This document shows, piece after piece, positions 37,528 to 47,507 of a stretch of 64,000 nucleotides of DNA. How positions within the stretch are numbered: the stretch's first letter is position 1; each line of letters opens with the position of its first letter. The notes beneath the pieces were generated by a model. It was not told the DNA's origin and made no database searches. It was given only the letters and a program-made list of their open reading frames with translations. Position numbers and translations under genes: made by a program. Source of the stretch: Candidatus Niyogibacteria bacterium (GTDB lineage Bacteria > Patescibacteriota > Minisyncoccia > HO2-45-28); the NCBI GenBank assembly GCA_016432485.1, contig CP066691.1, positions 516,709-580,708 on the forward strand, written 5' to 3'.

Positions 37528-38691
37528 CTAATTTATAATTTCTAAACTCCAAAGTGAGCCGCTGTTTTTATCTATGAAGAATAGAAAGACGCCGTCGTAT
37601 GATACGGTTATTTGTTTTATGTTGAACGGCAAGGTTTCGTCAAGCAGACGTTTTTGTCCGGTTTCAAAATTTATTTCCCATAATGTATCGCTGGTTGAAA
37701 TAGAGCCTTGCAGCCATTCATCGGGGTAAACAGCCGCTTGCAGACCCTGATCTAGGCCGCAATAAACAAGACCGGCGTTTTTTCGGGTAAAAGAGCATTT
37801 TTCAGCCAGGCCATCGGTTTGGATATCGACAGCCGTTTTTTTGTTCAGGTCGTAAATGAAAAGCCGAGGTTTTTCCGAGGCGGCGTCGTAGACGGAGTAA
37901 ATGACTTTCTGGCCGTCATCTGAAAATTTTATCTGCAGTCCTGCCAGGTCTCCCAAAATTTTGTTAAGAGTCCCCCGCTGGAGGTCGTATTTAAACAGAA
38001 ATCCTTCGGCAACTCCGGACGGACGGCTTAACAGATAAACGGAATTTTTTTCGGGCCAATAAATATCAAAATCTCCGAAAGGAAAAGACGCGACATCAGT
38101 CTGTCTGGAATTATCGGGGTCGGCGGCAATAAGACGCGAGCCGTTCGGCGTCGGTACGAGATAGAGGAGGCGTTCTCTATCCGGCGCGAACGCGAATGAA
38201 ATTATATTTTGGGGCAGAACCGTCGCCCTTGTTGAGGTCGCTATAAATTCGGCCGAAACTGTCCGGATATTGTCATTCTCAATATATTTAAAAATTATTT
38301 TTGAGGCATTTTGGGACCACGATGTTTCAAATATTTTCGGTATGGTCGTGTTTGAAACTCGAGTTTGGTCTTCTCCACGCGGCCCGATGTCCATTATATG
38401 TCCGTCTTGTTTCAAGAGGTAGCGCAGACCGGTTTCTTTTATTGAAAAACTTTCAACCGGACCCTGGTCAAGCATTAAAAGCGCCAGTTCTTCCGCAATC
38501 GGCGCGGGCGCGGTTTCGGGTGAAGGCTGAGCTGGCTCCCCTCCTCCGAAAAGACCGAAAGGAAATCTTTGTAAAAATCCGCGCTCCGCTTCTTCAGCTA
38601 ACGGCGCCGGTCTGACCGCAAGCCAAATCGCCCCGGCGGCGATTACGAGGATGAAAAATATGATTAATCCTATAGCTAATGGTTTATTCAT
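37528..38691 (-). CDS. Membrane-anchored beta-propeller-like protein
   Basis: N-terminal TM; repeated WS/FAPD/FSDDG/SYDG blade-like motifs. Confidence 0.65.
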   Translation of the reverse strand: MNKPLAIGLIIFFILVIAAGAIWLAVRPAPLAEEAERGFLQRFPFGLFGGGEPAQPSPETAPAPIAEELALLMLDQGPVESFSIKETGLRYLLKQDGHIMDIGPRGEDQTRVSNTTIPKIFETSWSQNASKIIFKYIENDNIRTVSAEFIATSTRATVLPQNIISFAFAPDRERLLYLVPTPNGSRLIAADPDNSRQTDVASFPFGDFDIYWPEKNSVYLLSRPSGVAEGFLFKYDLQRGTLNKILGDLAGLQIKFSDDGQKVIYSVYDAASEKPRLFIYDLNKKTAVDIQTDGLAEKCSFTRKNAGLVYCGLDQGLQAAVYPDEWLQGSISTSDTLWEINFETGQKRLLDETLPFNIKQITVSYDGVFLFFIDKNSGSLWSLEIIN

Positions 38692-38699
38692 AATTTATT

Positions 38700-39542
38700 T
38701 TAACAATTTGTGCCTAACCATGAACATAAAAATCCTTTGGATTGTTGAGACGATTGTTGCTGGGTTGTCTGTTGCTGTGTTTTGGCGGAGCCTACGCAAA
38801 CATAATATCTGGCAGCGCCACTTATATTGCCGCTTCCGGGGAATTGCGACAGGAGACCGAACTCGCCGCCCGCCCCCGAGCATTTTTGCTCCATATTTTC
38901 TATGGCTTTTCTTCTTTCATTGATGTCGTTTGTGCCGAAACTCATCAAATCAATAAATTCTTCAATTTTTAACTTTTTACCGTAAACAGACAGTTTTTGA
39001 TTGATGTTTTCCACGGTTTTAGCCGTATCTCCCGGTATATTAGGACTGGGCGGTATAACTTTTTTCGTTGCGTTCTTTACGATTTCTTGTGTTGATGGTT
39101 CGACTCCGAATAACACATCTTTCCAATCCGGACATTTTCCCTCCGGACATTCTGATGTAAAGGCGCTTGGCGTTTTCGGATTCACAAAAACCGGATTTAT
39201 GGTGTTTAAAGTTATCCATGAAAGAAGAGCCACTGCTAATCCTAGAACAGACGCGGCAATGCGGTTTTTGGCCGCTTCAACCTGCGGAGGGGAGATTGCC
39301 CCTGCCATCCACTGAAAACCCGCGAATATAATGGAAAGAGTAGCGATGACGGCAGCTGAGGCAATCATCAGAGGGAAAAGCCATTTTAAAAAACCGATAA
39401 AACCGTCCCGGGTTTGATTCCATGTGGTGAACTGCTGGGCTGCCTGTTTATCTATCGTGTAATCAGCCGCCTCCGTTGTTATTGCGGCAAACGATATAAA
39501 AAGCGCGATTATTATTGATATGTAAATAATTTTATAAAACAT
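38700..39542 (-). CDS. Pilin-like (VirB2/TrbC-like) protein with a C-terminal extension
   Basis: Signal peptide; II.AG..W..GA......AK.RI.....GL.......L.TINP. Confidence 0.7.
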   Translation of the reverse strand: MFYKIIYISIIIALFISFAAITTEAADYTIDKQAAQQFTTWNQTRDGFIGFLKWLFPLMIASAAVIATLSIIFAGFQWMAGAISPPQVEAAKNRIAASVLGLAVALLSWITLNTINPVFVNPKTPSAFTSECPEGKCPDWKDVLFGVEPSTQEIVKNATKKVIPPSPNIPGDTAKTVENINQKLSVYGKKLKIEEFIDLMSFGTNDINERRKAIENMEQKCSGAGGEFGLLSQFPGSGNISGAARYYVCVGSAKTQQQTTQQQSSQQSKGFLCSWLGTNC

Positions 39543-40536
39543 TTATCGTAAAAGTTTGCCTGGCTTCTTGTAAGATGTTGGAGGTGTTTTTAATTAAAAT
39601 TTCCACCACCGAACTGCCGCCGGCATCGGCCGCGGCCCCGAGGTTTAAAATGTTTTGCGGAGCTTCCTGGCCGGCTCTTCGGCCGTCCACCGACCAGACG
39701 TATTCAAGGTTTTCGCGGCCGCGATCCAGCGAGAAAAAGAACGGATGAGCTATAAAAGATTTTTTCTCTCCGGCAAAAATTACATCATTCCTTCGGTCTT
39801 GAAAAGCGAAATCGTTTTTGGGTCCCGAGAGCGCGTCGTTTTCGTAAACTAGAATAGAAGGATTTAAGACGCCGATATCTATTGATTTTTTGGCAGTGAT
39901 GTTTCCGTCCAGATTTGAAACTTCAAGGTTAACGATATGCGTGAGGTCGGAAGAAAATCCCGCGCCGAAAGTGAAAGTATTTCTGCCCGCGCCTGATTGC
40001 GCCTGTTTGAAATCATTGTCAAGCGTCCAGCGATAAATCAGGCCGGATGCCGGAATTTTTCTGCCGCCGGAAACCAGGTTTGGGAAAGCGCTTGCGGTTA
40101 TTGCTGATTTCGGCGAAGCCAGAGCTTTTCCTTTGTACCAAAAAGGAATTGATGTCGCGGCCCGCCATAAGATGTCAACATCGGCTATGACCAGCGAGAA
40201 TTCTGTTTCGTGGCGTATGCCGTTTACGTCTATTGCGACGACGGTTAATATTTCTGATTTTCCGACATCTCCGGTTGTGAATCCGTATTCTTTAAGGCCG
40301 GTTCCGCGGAGCGCGACCGCGCCGTTATGAATCCATGTAATTTGTGAGCTGTTTAATTCAAAAGAAAACGCCGAAACGCGGGCGATAATGTTTTGATTGG
40401 GACCCGGAGCATCGGTTGGGATCAGCTCTATAAAAAAGTTTTCCGTTCCCGTTCCCAAATCAATCTGGGCTCCGGCAGGAAAAATCGTCAGAAAAGCCAG
40501 AAATAAAACCGTTGTTAATAAAAATTTATTTCGCAT
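39532..40536 (-). CDS. Secreted Ig-like repeat protein
   Basis: Signal peptide; three ITW..NG/YRW..D/YVW.VDG beta-sandwich repeats. Confidence 0.6.
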   Translation of the reverse strand: MRNKFLLTTVLFLAFLTIFPAGAQIDLGTGTENFFIELIPTDAPGPNQNIIARVSAFSFELNSSQITWIHNGAVALRGTGLKEYGFTTGDVGKSEILTVVAIDVNGIRHETEFSLVIADVDILWRAATSIPFWYKGKALASPKSAITASAFPNLVSGGRKIPASGLIYRWTLDNDFKQAQSGAGRNTFTFGAGFSSDLTHIVNLEVSNLDGNITAKKSIDIGVLNPSILVYENDALSGPKNDFAFQDRRNDVIFAGEKKSFIAHPFFFSLDRGRENLEYVWSVDGRRAGQEAPQNILNLGAAADAGGSSVVEILIKNTSNILQEARQTFTINVL

Positions 40537-40540
40537 ATTA

Positions 40541-40924
40541 TTATTCTCCGAAAAACGTCCTAAATTGCGGACTCTTATTGTAAAAGTATAGAAACACCAC
40601 CATTCCGGTATAAGCCGGCAGAAAAGGTATGAATCCCGAAGCCCCGCTTAGGTGAAAGGCCCACGGTTTTTTAAGTTCGCGGGCTTGTGTCCACGCGAAT
40701 ATAGTAAACCAAGCTATACCGTCTATTATAAAACCGACAAGGGGTACTTGGCTAATTAAGTCGCAAAACGAAGCAAAACCAATCATCATTCCGAACTCGG
40801 ACTTGCTTACCATGGGACCGGCCACGGCGGCCGCTTTTTGCGTCGCCAGGCCTTCATTTTTACGGGATTCCTGAAGTTTCAAGTTTCGTTCGCCTTCCTC
40901 GGTTGTAATATTTTCATCAGCCAT
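40541..40924 (-). CDS. Small membrane protein
   Basis: Hydrophobic C-terminal half; operonic position. Confidence 0.65.
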   Translation of the reverse strand: MADENITTEEGERNLKLQESRKNEGLATQKAAAVAGPMVSKSEFGMMIGFASFCDLISQVPLVGFIIDGIAWFTIFAWTQARELKKPWAFHLSGASGFIPFLPAYTGMVVFLYFYNKSPQFRTFFGE

Positions 40925-40932
40925 GTTTTAAA

Positions 40933-42750
40933 TTATTTTTCCTGCGCTATTCCCTGCTTCGCCTTTTTAATCGCTAATAATTGCTGGGGGTCGGAAGTTA
41001 TAATTTGGTCTTCGGTGTAAGACGATATTATTTTGATGGCCACATGTTTGAGGCCGGCGAAAAACAACCCTTCGCCGATATCGGACTCCAGTATCAGGAA
41101 TTTTTCTTCGTCGGTCAGGTTGAAAGTTTTTTGGAGAAGATCAATGGTCGCGGGCGACTGTTTTAAAAGAATCTGGATTGAAGAGTTTGTAATGATGGGC
41201 ACGCCGTAAGGGGAGCGCAAAAAATCGCCCACGTCTTGAGTAATCGTCGCCACTCCCAAAAAATATTTTCTCGCGCGCTTGGCTATGCCGAATAAGAATG
41301 AGGCGCCCTGTTCTTCTTTCATAATCCACCAGGCTTCGTCTATGACCAGAATTCTCTTTTTTAAATTTTTTCGGACAGCGTTCCAGATATGGTGGGTTAT
41401 CAAATACATTGCCACCGGACGCAGTTCGTCCTCCATGTCTCTTACCGAAAAAACCACCAGCTTTTTATTTATATCAACATTTGTAGGCTGGTTGATGAAG
41501 CCGGCCCAAGTGCCCTGGGTGTATTTGCGCATGCGCTGGGCCAATCCTTCGCCGCCTTCCATATTGGCTAAAATCAATTCAAGATCCGAAAGTATCGGCG
41601 GAATTTTTGAAGAAAAATCAGATTCCGGAGTAATGTCGCGCGAAGCGTAAGTTTCGGTGATGGCCCGGTCTAAAATGGAATCCTCTTCCGGCGTAAGTCC
41701 GCCGAGCATTATGCGGAAAAGTCCGACTAAGTTTATGATGTTAGACCTTAAAATATCCGAGGGGTCTTCGTCTTCGCGGGGTTTGGGCAGGTCAAAAGGA
41801 TTAATATGATGCTGGGAAGAAAGAGAGATGTTGAAATATCGGCCGTCAACGGCCTCCGACAGAAATTCATATTCGCGTTCGGGGTCAATCACTATGACAT
41901 CGGTGTCAAACATTAAAGAGCGAAGTATTTCAAGTTTCGTGGCATAACTTTTTCCCGCTCCGGCTTTGGCGAAAATGACCGAATTGTAGTTTTCAAGCGA
42001 GAATCTGTCAAAAAGAACCAGGCTGTTATTATGGCGATTTACGCCGTAAAGAATGCCTCGGTTGGAAGTGAGGTCAAATGAAACAAAAGGGAAAAGACTT
42101 GATATCGGCGAGGAATTAAGTTTGTTGTTGACTCCCAGAATGTCCCGTCCCAGGGGGAAAACAGTCAGGAGGCCGTCATCCTGCTGGAAAAGAGCGGGTT
42201 TGGCGTAAACCAGACGGGATTCAAGCATTGACCTTATTTCCGTTTCGTCCCGGTTGAGTTCTTCCAGAGTGTCGGCATAGATTGTCATATAAAGGCCGAA
42301 AGAAAAAAGTTTTTCCTGCGCCTGTTGCAGTTTGTCGCGCAGTTCCTCCAGGTTTTGATAAGCGGCATCCAGCATCGGGTCCCTAACCAGGCCTTTTTCT
42401 TCGCGCATGTGGATTTGAGACTGGACTTCGGCGACCTTTTTCTGGAGCTGGCGTAAAACTCCGGCCGTATCCATCGGATGGATGTAAATAGATATGTCAA
42501 AAACCTTGTCGAGATTTATGATTGAGCTGAACCAGTTCACGGCCAGATATTTGGGATAGGAGAAAATAAAAATGGTGCGGGCTATTTTTTCCCCGATTTT
42601 TACGTAATTTGAATTTACTTCCAAAGCTGACGGCGCGATGATGTCTTTCAATTCCAAAACCGCGGCCTCGTAAATCTGTTCGGGCTGAATCGCGATTATC
42701 TCGTCGTTTGCCCCCACCTCCTTCTTTTTGAATAAGTCTCCTAAAGCCAT
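40933..42750 (-). CDS. VirB4-like ATPase
   Basis: AKAGAGKS, VIDPEREY, INPFD, IDEAW, RARKY, ITQ. Confidence 0.92.
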   Translation of the reverse strand: MALGDLFKKKEVGANDEIIAIQPEQIYEAAVLELKDIIAPSALEVNSNYVKIGEKIARTIFIFSYPKYLAVNWFSSIINLDKVFDISIYIHPMDTAGVLRQLQKKVAEVQSQIHMREEKGLVRDPMLDAAYQNLEELRDKLQQAQEKLFSFGLYMTIYADTLEELNRDETEIRSMLESRLVYAKPALFQQDDGLLTVFPLGRDILGVNNKLNSSPISSLFPFVSFDLTSNRGILYGVNRHNNSLVLFDRFSLENYNSVIFAKAGAGKSYATKLEILRSLMFDTDVIVIDPEREYEFLSEAVDGRYFNISLSSQHHINPFDLPKPREDEDPSDILRSNIINLVGLFRIMLGGLTPEEDSILDRAITETYASRDITPESDFSSKIPPILSDLELILANMEGGEGLAQRMRKYTQGTWAGFINQPTNVDINKKLVVFSVRDMEDELRPVAMYLITHHIWNAVRKNLKKRILVIDEAWWIMKEEQGASFLFGIAKRARKYFLGVATITQDVGDFLRSPYGVPIITNSSIQILLKQSPATIDLLQKTFNLTDEEKFLILESDIGEGLFFAGLKHVAIKIISSYTEDQIITSDPQQLLAIKKAKQGIAQEK

Positions 42751-42761
42751 AATGTTAAAGT

Positions 42762-43415
42762 TTAAGTTCTAATTTGCGGCGCGTGTCCTTTTTCCAATTC
42801 CCCCGGGTTGAATAATCCGTAGAAGAGTTCAACCGCCTCTTCGGTGTTTAGGGGCGCGGTTCGCGTTCCGGTTGAAGCAATGGCTCCCGAAACCGTTTCG
42901 GCTCTTTGCCAGAGTTGATTTTTATGTTCCTCAAATTTTTCATCGCTTAGTTGTTTGTCTTCTTTTTTTACGCCGAAAAGCCCTTTGAATATCCCGCCCA
43001 GTCCGTTTTTTTTGCCGATCTCAATTAAGGGAGGGGCAAAAGAGACGACGATGTAGAAATTTTTGGTCACGATTTTTGTGGTTTCAACAAAAGTTCTGAT
43101 GAATTCAATGTATTCGCGTGTCTGTATTTTCAATAATTCATTAGTCTGGTCGCGTTCTGTTTCGCGCAGAGTTTCAAGGTAGGGTTCAATATTGAGCCTG
43201 CGTGACTGGATCACGATTTGCACCGAGAAATCCAGCGCGTTTAAAAAGTTTTGATATTGCGCGGTAATGGCCTCTTGCTCCTCGTTTGACCTTAAGGCGA
43301 AATTCAAAGACGAAGCCATCAAAACCATATGTAGGCTTTTATCTTCGGTGATTATTATGCCGTCGCGTATTTCTCTTATCGGCACGAATTCCTGCGCTGA
43401 TAGTGGTTTTGCCAT
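42762..43415 (-). CDS. VirB4-associated protein (N-terminal TraC-like module)
   Basis: NF.L....EQ......FLN.LDF..QI...SR; lies between PrgI and VirB4. Confidence 0.65.
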   Translation of the reverse strand: MAKPLSAQEFVPIREIRDGIIITEDKSLHMVLMASSLNFALRSNEEQEAITAQYQNFLNALDFSVQIVIQSRRLNIEPYLETLRETERDQTNELLKIQTREYIEFIRTFVETTKIVTKNFYIVVSFAPPLIEIGKKNGLGGIFKGLFGVKKEDKQLSDEKFEEHKNQLWQRAETVSGAIASTGTRTAPLNTEEAVELFYGLFNPGELEKGHAPQIRT

Positions 43416-43820
43416 TTACTTAATTTTCTCTTTAACATCTAAAGACCAAGCCAGGTCCTTTAATTTGCTTTCGGTGGTTTTAGGTAAAACGAATTCTTGT
43501 TTGGGAGCCGAAATTTTTTGGGCTTTGGGTTTTTTGGTCTCGCTTCTTTTCCAGATATAAAGTTTTGATTTGGTGTAATATGATACGGCGTTGGCCATTA
43601 CGTTTATGAAAGGCTGATTATGCACTTTATAAAATGCCAAAGCCAAAGCCAGCCCGGCGACCGGCAAACCCAGAAGCACTGTCAGAAAAAAGGGCAGAAA
43701 AACATATATTATGAAAACCGTAGCGACGCCCCCCAGAAGATAGATAAACTGCTTCAGGGTCAGCGGCCCGAAAATTTTGTCTTCAACCTCTATGAATTGC
43801 GGAACGCTAAATTGTCTCAT
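43416..43820 (-). CDS. PrgI family protein
   Basis: VPQFI..EDKIFGPLT.KQ followed by two TMs. Confidence 0.85.
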   Translation of the reverse strand: MRQFSVPQFIEVEDKIFGPLTLKQFIYLLGGVATVFIIYVFLPFFLTVLLGLPVAGLALALAFYKVHNQPFINVMANAVSYYTKSKLYIWKRSETKKPKAQKISAPKQEFVLPKTTESKLKDLAWSLDVKEKIK

Positions 43821-43822
43821 AT

Positions 43823-44452
43823 TTATTTTGGGGGCTCTTTATAAGGGTCGGCTTTATCCGGATAACGATTTTCTTTTCGGGCTTGCTCTGTTTCTTCGGA
43901 CAATGATTCCCCGGGCATAAAAACTTTTTCTTCAAGCCTGGTTTCAAACGGCGAAGTTTTTAAACTTTTAAACTCTTCTGTCCCCTTTATTTCACGATTC
44001 GGAGTTTGCGTCTCGGTTTCAACTGATTTTTCGGGAGGAACGGCAGGAACATGGGAAATAGGAGCAACAGGAGAAACGGGTGGGACAAAAGGAGTGGGCG
44101 CGGTCGGCGTTTCGGAAATAACTTCCTCACCAACCGCGTGTATTTTTTTCAGAGATTCTTTGACTTTTGAAAAAATCTGCGCGTTTATCTCCTGCGCGAT
44201 TTTTTTAGTCGTTTCCGGATCGGTTCCGAGACGTCCGGTTAAATTAGAAATGAAATCGCGCGGATGCGTGACTCCAAGCATCAGAAGTCCGGTTTCATCG
44301 TCCAGTTCTCCCATTTTGTCAATTTGGAGGCCGTATTTTTTGCCAATCGCCTGAACAATATCAGCTGTATCTATGCTGGTGATGGCATTTTGCAGTTCTT
44401 TCGGCAGGCCTTTATATTTTTCAAAAATTTGTTCGTTAGTTAGTTGAGACAT
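43823..44452 (-). CDS. Hypothetical protein with a Pro-rich linker and a DPYKEP tail
   Basis: Long ORF coupled to its neighbours. Confidence 0.7.
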   Translation of the reverse strand: MSQLTNEQIFEKYKGLPKELQNAITSIDTADIVQAIGKKYGLQIDKMGELDDETGLLMLGVTHPRDFISNLTGRLGTDPETTKKIAQEINAQIFSKVKESLKKIHAVGEEVISETPTAPTPFVPPVSPVAPISHVPAVPPEKSVETETQTPNREIKGTEEFKSLKTSPFETRLEEKVFMPGESLSEETEQARKENRYPDKADPYKEPPK

Positions 44453-46140
44453 TATTTATTCTTTTTTTCTTTATCTGATTCGGCCTTTTGCTTAGACATT
44501 TTTTCTACTTCCTCCAGACTTTCGTTCATGGCATTTATTTTTTCCCCGACAGTAGCCTTGGGATTATTTAAAATTGCCGCTCTTTTTGCCTTCCTGCTTC
44601 TTTCGTCCAAAACTTTTTCAATTGCTTCTCGTCGCGCTCTATTCAGGAATTGCAGCCTAGAGGTCTTTAAGTTTTTAAGGGTGTCTGTGCTGTAAGAAGA
44701 GTATTGTTGCGTGTAGCGTTTTATTTCGGGTTGATCGAGCGTTGATGCTTTAGTTATGCCGCGCCCGACAAATGGCATGGAGCGCACAAACTTCGCGGCG
44801 CGCGTTTCACTTTCAGCAATAGTTTTGGCGATAGGCGCGGTGTATCTTTTGCCGACCGTTCCGGCATATCCGACAGCCCACTTGCGGGCGGATTTTACTC
44901 CTTTTTCGGCCCATTCGGCGGCTTTGCCGCCCATTTGTTTGGCCACAAGAACGCTTGCCATAAGCATTATGATTAAAAGAAGGTAGTAAGCAATCATTGA
45001 AAAACTGGTAACAAAGGCCGTGCTTTCGGCTTGCCCGCCTTTTATTCCCGTCAGCAGGTCTTTGGCTTTGCCCGAAGCAATCATTTCAACCGTAACGCCA
45101 AAAAGGAAGAAAAACGCCGGCGCGAAAAATGCCTGTTTGAGCAAAGTTGACCACCATTGTCTGGCATAAGAATCCAATCCCGGGATTGCGTAGAATAGAA
45201 ACGCGACGGGAGAAAGAATCATTAAAAACCATAAAATTACCACCCGGATTAAAAGCGATAGTCCGGCAAAAGCTAGCGCAAATATGGCGACAAGAATAAA
45301 AACCGTTACGCCGAGCATTGCCACTGTCATCTGAATCAGAGTATTAGGCAGGTCTTTTTGCGCGGTTTCAAGCTTTTTTCGCAGGCTTTCTTCCTCACTG
45401 AGGAGTTTTTTTATTCCGGGATCTTCCGGAGCGCTCTCGCCGACAATAAGCTTTTCCGTCACGCTCGCCAATTGTTCCTGTATTTTCGATATGTCGCTGA
45501 ATCCGAACTTGGCGCTTTTAAACATCTGATTCGGATTTAATCCGGCAAGAAATTTGACCGAGAGGGACGCCGAACTTTTTCCCTGCGCCCCCCCCGGCAG
45601 AAAAAATCCGGTCATAAGATTTGAAGAAAAGACAACGTATTGCGTAAGCAAAAACGAAAAGTTGATGAAGAGGGCGGCTATTATCAGGCGGGGCAGAAGT
45701 TTTTTGACTCCGAACGTATCTACCTGCAGGATGGTCGCGATGGCGATGGTTAAAAGTATAAAAATGAAAAAGAGGTTCGCGCTGTCGCGGGCTATGGTCC
45801 ACCCCTTGTAGATGGCGTCAAGATTATAGGTTGCCGGATCAAGCGTGAATGCAGTTACCAGGTCAAAGATAATTCCGAAAACCTGAAACATTGCTGATAC
45901 GAACATGAGTGCCGCGAATACCATCCAGCTTACTGCGGTAAGAATTGGGCAGCCGAGAAACCAGCCGACCCCTGACAAATCAGCACAAGATGCTTTTGAA
46001 AGTTCGGCGGCAACGCCGGTGTTTTGAGCGTAAGCGGCTGCGGGCTGCAAATACAGAATTGAGATTATCAGCATTAAAATCGCTACCGTTATTAAAGCGG
46101 CCGATTTCTTACTTTTTAATTTCTTTTTTAAAAAATTCAT
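44452..46140 (-). CDS. VirB6/TrbL-like polytopic membrane protein
   Basis: GW...RD.AN, ALFINFS, R.V.LW....SP.A, WW..L....F.AP. Confidence 0.75.
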   Translation of the reverse strand: MNFLKKKLKSKKSAALITVAILMLIISILYLQPAAAYAQNTGVAAELSKASCADLSGVGWFLGCPILTAVSWMVFAALMFVSAMFQVFGIIFDLVTAFTLDPATYNLDAIYKGWTIARDSANLFFIFILLTIAIATILQVDTFGVKKLLPRLIIAALFINFSFLLTQYVVFSSNLMTGFFLPGGAQGKSSASLSVKFLAGLNPNQMFKSAKFGFSDISKIQEQLASVTEKLIVGESAPEDPGIKKLLSEEESLRKKLETAQKDLPNTLIQMTVAMLGVTVFILVAIFALAFAGLSLLIRVVILWFLMILSPVAFLFYAIPGLDSYARQWWSTLLKQAFFAPAFFFLFGVTVEMIASGKAKDLLTGIKGGQAESTAFVTSFSMIAYYLLLIIMLMASVLVAKQMGGKAAEWAEKGVKSARKWAVGYAGTVGKRYTAPIAKTIAESETRAAKFVRSMPFVGRGITKASTLDQPEIKRYTQQYSSYSTDTLKNLKTSRLQFLNRARREAIEKVLDERSRKAKRAAILNNPKATVGEKINAMNESLEEVEKMSKQKAESDKEKKNK

Positions 46141-46163
46141 TTATGGCGAAATTTTTATGATTT

Positions 46164-47507
46164 TTATGACCCCGGACACGCCTGAAGTTCTGAAAGAAGC
46201 GAATCAAGTTTTTCCTGGAATTCGTCTGCTTGTTGGTTGGCCGCGTCTATATCGTCTTGCGATGCCGATTGGTTTGCCGAATCAACCGCCTGCGTCCCGA
46301 CATCGCTTAATTCCTGGGGACTGTTTGTCGTTTCCGCTTTTACTCGCGAGTTTTCGTAGTCGCTAAGCGCGGCGCGAGCCGATTTAAGTTCGCTTTTTAT
46401 GTCATCAAGGTTTTTTTGCGCTTCGGCAATTTCTTCGTTTCGCGGTTGCGTCCCGCAGCTATGTAATTTGTTAAGCGTCTGAATTGTTTGAGTCAGTGTA
46501 TTTGATGACCGCTCTTTTGCTTTTATGTAGCCGTTCGTTAGGTTTATGGCATCAGTTAAGAGGGGGGTTATTCCCTTTCGGCTGTTATTGAGAAGTCCGG
46601 AATAGTCCGGATTGGATGACCCGCCCGAAGACAGTATGCCGTCTCTGCCGGTGCCGCTTAGGGCGCTATTTAAAAGTTGTACTACGACCGTTGAGATAAG
46701 TTCGTTTATTTCATCCGACACTGCTGTTTTGATAGCTGTGTATTCGTCCGGAAGTTCAAGTTTTTTAGCCACATAACTTCCCGGCGTTACGGTTTCTTCC
46801 CTTAAGCAGGGTTTGTCAGTGCCCGCGGCTTCGCTAAAAGCGATTTCTTTGGAATACTCCGCGCATCTTTTCCAGCTGAGAAATCCTCCGGACGCTTGAG
46901 ATTCAAGTTTCAGGCCGGTTACCTTTTCAAGTATGGCCCGCTGCGTCTGGTCCATTTGGATTAGAATGGAGCCGAAAGCGTTGTTGGCCACATTAGCGGT
47001 GGTAATTGAAATAAAGCCGGTCCAGCCGTAGGTTTCAAAGGTGTTATAGAGCGCGTCCACATTGGCAATAAACCTATCAAGAGTACAGACTGCTTGTTGT
47101 CTTTGAGCCGAGACCAAACCCAGAACAATGTCTATTCTAAAAGGACTGCAGATATTCGGCGCGCCATTAGCGATAAGGCCATCAACAAAAATACCAAAGG
47201 CTTCGTTTCCGGCTTTTCTTAAATATCCTTCCCAGTCGGTTACGAAAAGAGGTTTGCCGTTAAAGCCGTTTCGTATCCAGCTTTTTATGTTGTCGGACAT
47301 AGTCCTGATTAGAGCGACTCCTATAGCGTTGACCAACGGATCAAGGACATAATCTTTGACCGCCTCTGATCCAGCCGGCAGCTCTATTGTAAAAAATGTT
47401 ACAGCCTCGGCTTTTGGCGGCGAAAAAGGAAATAGTGTAGCGAGCAGAATCGCGACAATAACCGGGACAATATATTTTTGAAATCGGACGCTTCGCTTAA
47501 AAATCAT
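46164..47507 (-). CDS. Secreted hypothetical protein of the T4SS-like cluster
   Basis: Signal peptide (AEA), WI..GF.G.P.FV, C.PF, TPG, coiled C-terminus. Confidence 0.65.
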   Translation of the reverse strand: MIFKRSVRFQKYIVPVIVAILLATLFPFSPPKAEAVTFFTIELPAGSEAVKDYVLDPLVNAIGVALIRTMSDNIKSWIRNGFNGKPLFVTDWEGYLRKAGNEAFGIFVDGLIANGAPNICSPFRIDIVLGLVSAQRQQAVCTLDRFIANVDALYNTFETYGWTGFISITTANVANNAFGSILIQMDQTQRAILEKVTGLKLESQASGGFLSWKRCAEYSKEIAFSEAAGTDKPCLREETVTPGSYVAKKLELPDEYTAIKTAVSDEINELISTVVVQLLNSALSGTGRDGILSSGGSSNPDYSGLLNNSRKGITPLLTDAINLTNGYIKAKERSSNTLTQTIQTLNKLHSCGTQPRNEEIAEAQKNLDDIKSELKSARAALSDYENSRVKAETTNSPQELSDVGTQAVDSANQSASQDDIDAANQQADEFQEKLDSLLSELQACPGS